This document shows, in pieces, positions 15,964 to 18,372 of a DNA stretch of 18,372 bases. The position numbers and the translations under genes are program-made. The stretch's first letter is position 1. Each line of letters starts with the position of its first letter. The DNA is taken from contig JAZGDW010000031.1 in assembly GCA_036478295.1 (NCBI GenBank), forward strand, positions 1 through 18,372. The letters run 5' to 3'. The stretch is from Candidatus Krumholzibacteriia bacterium (GTDB lineage: Bacteria > Krumholzibacteriota > Krumholzibacteriia > WVZY01). Under the pieces are notes generated by a model. That model was not told the DNA's origin and made no database searches. It worked only from the letters and a program-made list of their open reading frames with translations.

Positions 15964-16893
15964 TCAAAACAGGTTCCCATACAGCTCGAACAGCTGCCGC
16001 GCCTTCTCCAGGCGCGCCGGGTCGAGCGGCCGCAATCCGCCGACTCCGTAGACGTTCAAGAGCCCCACGGGAGCGTCCGCGGAAACGGAGCCGTCCGCCT
16101 TCTCGAGCAGTCCCTCGATTTTTCGAAGCTCTGACAGGTAGTAATCCGTATCGCGCTGTGGCGCGGCAACAACAATTTCCGGCAGCGCTTCATCCCGCTG
16201 CACAATCTCCAACTCCCCGGGCCGCACGACACCCACCTCGGTCATCACCGACAGGTCCGCCTGCGTGCACGCGCCCAGGCGGTAGGCCCCGTAGAGTACT
16301 CCCAGCACGACCCGCAGGCCGTGCGGATCCGGTCCCTCGAAGCGAAGAACGCCGGCGTCCTCCGGCGGTACGAACCCGCGACGGCTGAGCGAGAGCATCT
16401 GTACCCAGAACCCGTTGATCGAGGATGGGCCGGCGAACGCGATCTCCCCGGGATCGAGTCGCGCGAAATCGATCTCGGCGTCCGAAGCGCGAGCGACCAG
16501 TACCGCGTCGTTCTGTTTTTCATCGCCCGAAACCACTTCGTATATCGCCGCTATGCCCAGCGGCTCGCCGTGGCGGAGGTATGTGTGCACCGGCATGACA
16601 TAAAGATCGCATCCCGCCGGCCAGGTGTCGTCACAGGCTACCAGTTCCGCCGGGCGCCGGGTTTCGCGACTCAGCACCGCCCGCAAGGGCTCGTACTTAC
16701 GCATGGCACTGACGGCTGAGGTGCCGGCCGGTACGCAGACGTTGATTGTACCACGCTGGGGACCGCCGCTGCTCAAGTACGCGCTCACCGTAATCCCGAC
16801 GACTGCCACGGTGACCACCAGGGTAAGCGACCGGCCCATATACGTGGACAGAATGCTTACATCGAACGGTTTGATCTTATCTTTCATTTTCAT
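15964..16893 (-). CDS. PhnD-like (phosphate/phosphite/phosphonate) substrate-binding-fold protein, divergent
   Basis: N-terminal hydrophobic segment, then YEPLRAVLSRETRRPAELV, AVLVAR, IAFAGPSSINGF, PHGLRVVLGVLYG, LEIVQRDEALP, all matching the PhnD family pattern. Start may instead be ATG 16839. Confidence 0.65.
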   Translation of the reverse strand: MKMKDKIKPFDVSILSTYMGRSLTLVVTVAVVGITVSAYLSSGGPQRGTINVCVPAGTSAVSAMRKYEPLRAVLSRETRRPAELVACDDTWPAGCDLYVMPVHTYLRHGEPLGIAAIYEVVSGDEKQNDAVLVARASDAEIDFARLDPGEIAFAGPSSINGFWVQMLSLSRRGFVPPEDAGVLRFEGPDPHGLRVVLGVLYGAYRLGACTQADLSVMTEVGVVRPGELEIVQRDEALPEIVVAAPQRDTDYYLSELRKIEGLLEKADGSVSADAPVGLLNVYGVGGLRPLDPARLEKARQLFELYGNLF

Positions 16894-16921
16894 GAATGAA
16901 ATGCCCGAGCCGAAAGTGCAA

Positions 16922-17872
16922 TCAGTTGATGCGCACCGTCAAGCTGTCGACGTCCATGCGGTAGCTAGCCACGCCTTCGGGCACGATGACGTCCGGCGCC
17001 AGTGTATACGAGCCCGGCGGCTTGCCGCTGAGGTCTATCACGATCGAAACGTCGCCCGAGGAAAGCGTGTCCAGCACGGCCTCGCGCCCTTCGAGCGTCA
17101 GGGTGACCGTCTTCGGAAAAACTTCGGTGGTCCTGGTCTTATCGTCCGTGAGGACGGTCGGCGGGACGTTGGCCAGCACGCGCTCCGCCCGCACGTCCAC
17201 GGAAATCGACACCATGACGAGGTTGGGTACGACCTCCAGGATGTCATCCTCGTAGGCTATTTCCACTTCCCGGTTCACCGACTCCTTGACGCGCGACAGG
17301 TCGATCGGGTGCGTAGGAATCTTCTGTAGTTTCTGCAACCGCCGGATCGCGCTCGCCGGACCGGTGACCTTGACCCACACCGGGCGCGCCTCGGGCAGCC
17401 GGTTGTACATCAACTGACTCGACAACTCGCCCTCGAAGACCACTCCGACGCGGATCCTCTCTGTTATGATCTTCTCCACGGCGAGGTTCACGGTCGTCGG
17501 CGCCACGATGCGAATGTCTCCCGGCTCGATCCCCGGGGGCAACAGGATATCCGACACCGACAGCTGGTACGTGAAACGTCCCGCCGTCGCGCGGACCATG
17601 TTGACAATGATGGCGATCTTGCGGAAGCGAATAAGGAGAAGTTCCCGCCGAGTTCCGGAGATGCTGAGCTCTACTTCGCTCGGCACATTGCCGACCAGTG
17701 TGAGCGAATCGGGAACGTTGGCAAAACTCAACGATGCAATGTAGTGCCTGTTAACCTGCTGCTGGCCGCTGGCGTTGAACCATATGACCAGCGCCACCAT
17801 CAGCGCAATCAGCTTGACACCGAGGTTATCCAGCAAGCCCCGTGTGACGCTAATAAGCTGCATAGCCTTCAC
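16922..17872 (-). CDS. CdaR/YbbR-like protein (one TM + three YbbR repeats)
   Basis: LLDNLGVKLIALMVALVIWF N-terminal anchor and three repeats with P..V.l..G motifs (PSEVELSISG, PVWVKVTGP, PKTVTLTLEG). Start is GTG 17872 or ATG 17863. Confidence 0.85.
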   Translation of the reverse strand: MKAMQLISVTRGLLDNLGVKLIALMVALVIWFNASGQQQVNRHYIASLSFANVPDSLTLVGNVPSEVELSISGTRRELLLIRFRKIAIIVNMVRATAGRFTYQLSVSDILLPPGIEPGDIRIVAPTTVNLAVEKIITERIRVGVVFEGELSSQLMYNRLPEARPVWVKVTGPASAIRRLQKLQKIPTHPIDLSRVKESVNREVEIAYEDDILEVVPNLVMVSISVDVRAERVLANVPPTVLTDDKTRTTEVFPKTVTLTLEGREAVLDTLSSGDVSIVIDLSGKPPGSYTLAPDVIVPEGVASYRMDVDSLTVRIN

Positions 17873-18372
17873 GAATTACCAGCTCTTGTCCGATCCGGAT
17901 CAGTTTCGATTCTCCCAACCTGTTCGACCTCTGGATCGAGTTCACGCTCGTGCGGTACTTGCGCGAGATCTTCCAAAGGGTATCACCTTTTTTAACGTGG
18001 TGGACGAATATGCGCCCGGTTTCTTCGGTCGGCGGAGGATATTTTTTCAGAAAAGAAATGACACCTCTGGAGATCGCCTTCGCCAGCCGTTCCCTGCCGG
18101 CGTCTGATTTCAGGATTGCCGCGTCCCTGGAGTTGGTGACGAACCCGGTCTCTACCATGACCGAGGGCATGGCGATCGACTTGAGCACCACGAACGAGCG
18201 CTGTTTGATGCTGCGGGCCGGTGGTAACCCTTTGCCACCCAGTGCCTTGAGGATTTCCTCCGCAAGATACGAGCTCTTGCGCATCATGGCCTGTTGGTTA
18301 ATGTCGACCAGCATGTGAATTATATCGTCGCTGCCGGCGCCCTGGACCCCCAGCTCTTTCGCGGCCAGCCTC
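17850..18372 (-). CDS. N-acetylmuramoyl-L-alanine amidase (Amidase_3) with C-terminal LysM (partial; begins beyond the right edge)
   Basis: The frame is open to the window end. IKQRSFVVLKSIAMPSVMVETGFVTN...RERLAKAISRGV is the Amidase_3 C-terminus with the catalytic Glu. HHVKKGDTLWKISRKYRTSVNSIQRSNRL...IRIGQELVI is a LysM domain. Confidence 0.92.
   Translation of the reverse strand, partial: RLAAKELGVQGAGSDDIIHMLVDINQQAMMRKSSYLAEEILKALGGKGLPPARSIKQRSFVVLKSIAMPSVMVETGFVTNSRDAAILKSDAGRERLAKAISRGVISFLKKYPPPTEETGRIFVHHVKKGDTLWKISRKYRTSVNSIQRSNRLGESKLIRIGQELVIREGYAAY

Noticed and set aside
1..18372. CRISPR array, tRNA/rRNA, IS/integrase, prophage or defence system
   Set aside because: No periodic repeats, cloverleaf-like sequences, recombinase or nuclease motifs were seen. 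Intergenic gaps are too short except 10455-10807, which is explained by promoter and leader elements.

Overview
GC-rich bacterial chromosomal segment in which all 17 supportable genes lie on the minus strand. In transcription order (right to left): N-acetylmuramoyl-L-alanine amidase with LysM (5'-truncated), CdaR/YbbR-repeat protein, orphan PhnD-like binding protein, PTS EIIA (Ntr/Fru-type), VanZ-like protein, hisS, aspS, a coupled pair of coiled-coil lipoproteins (the second with LysM), a ~350-bp AT-richer regulatory gap, phoH, 7TM-HD (PgpH-like) phosphodiesterase, ybeY, CorC/CNNM-like protein, DUF502, mgtE, recO, glyQ and glyS (3'-truncated; missing from the ORF track because it has no stop in the window). 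Four sigma70-like promoters with exact 17-bp spacers can be read by eye. I see no mobile element, CRISPR array, tRNA or rRNA. The region is mostly housekeeping. The best leads are (i) the two-lipoprotein coiled-coil/LysM operon, (ii) an attenuator-like leader with a 3-codon uORF before phoH, (iii) cdaR coupled to an amidase instead of cdaA, (iv) an orphan, divergent PhnD-like protein, and (v) an internal promoter that predicts a leaderless mgtE mRNA. All assignments come from motif recognition by eye; no searches were run.
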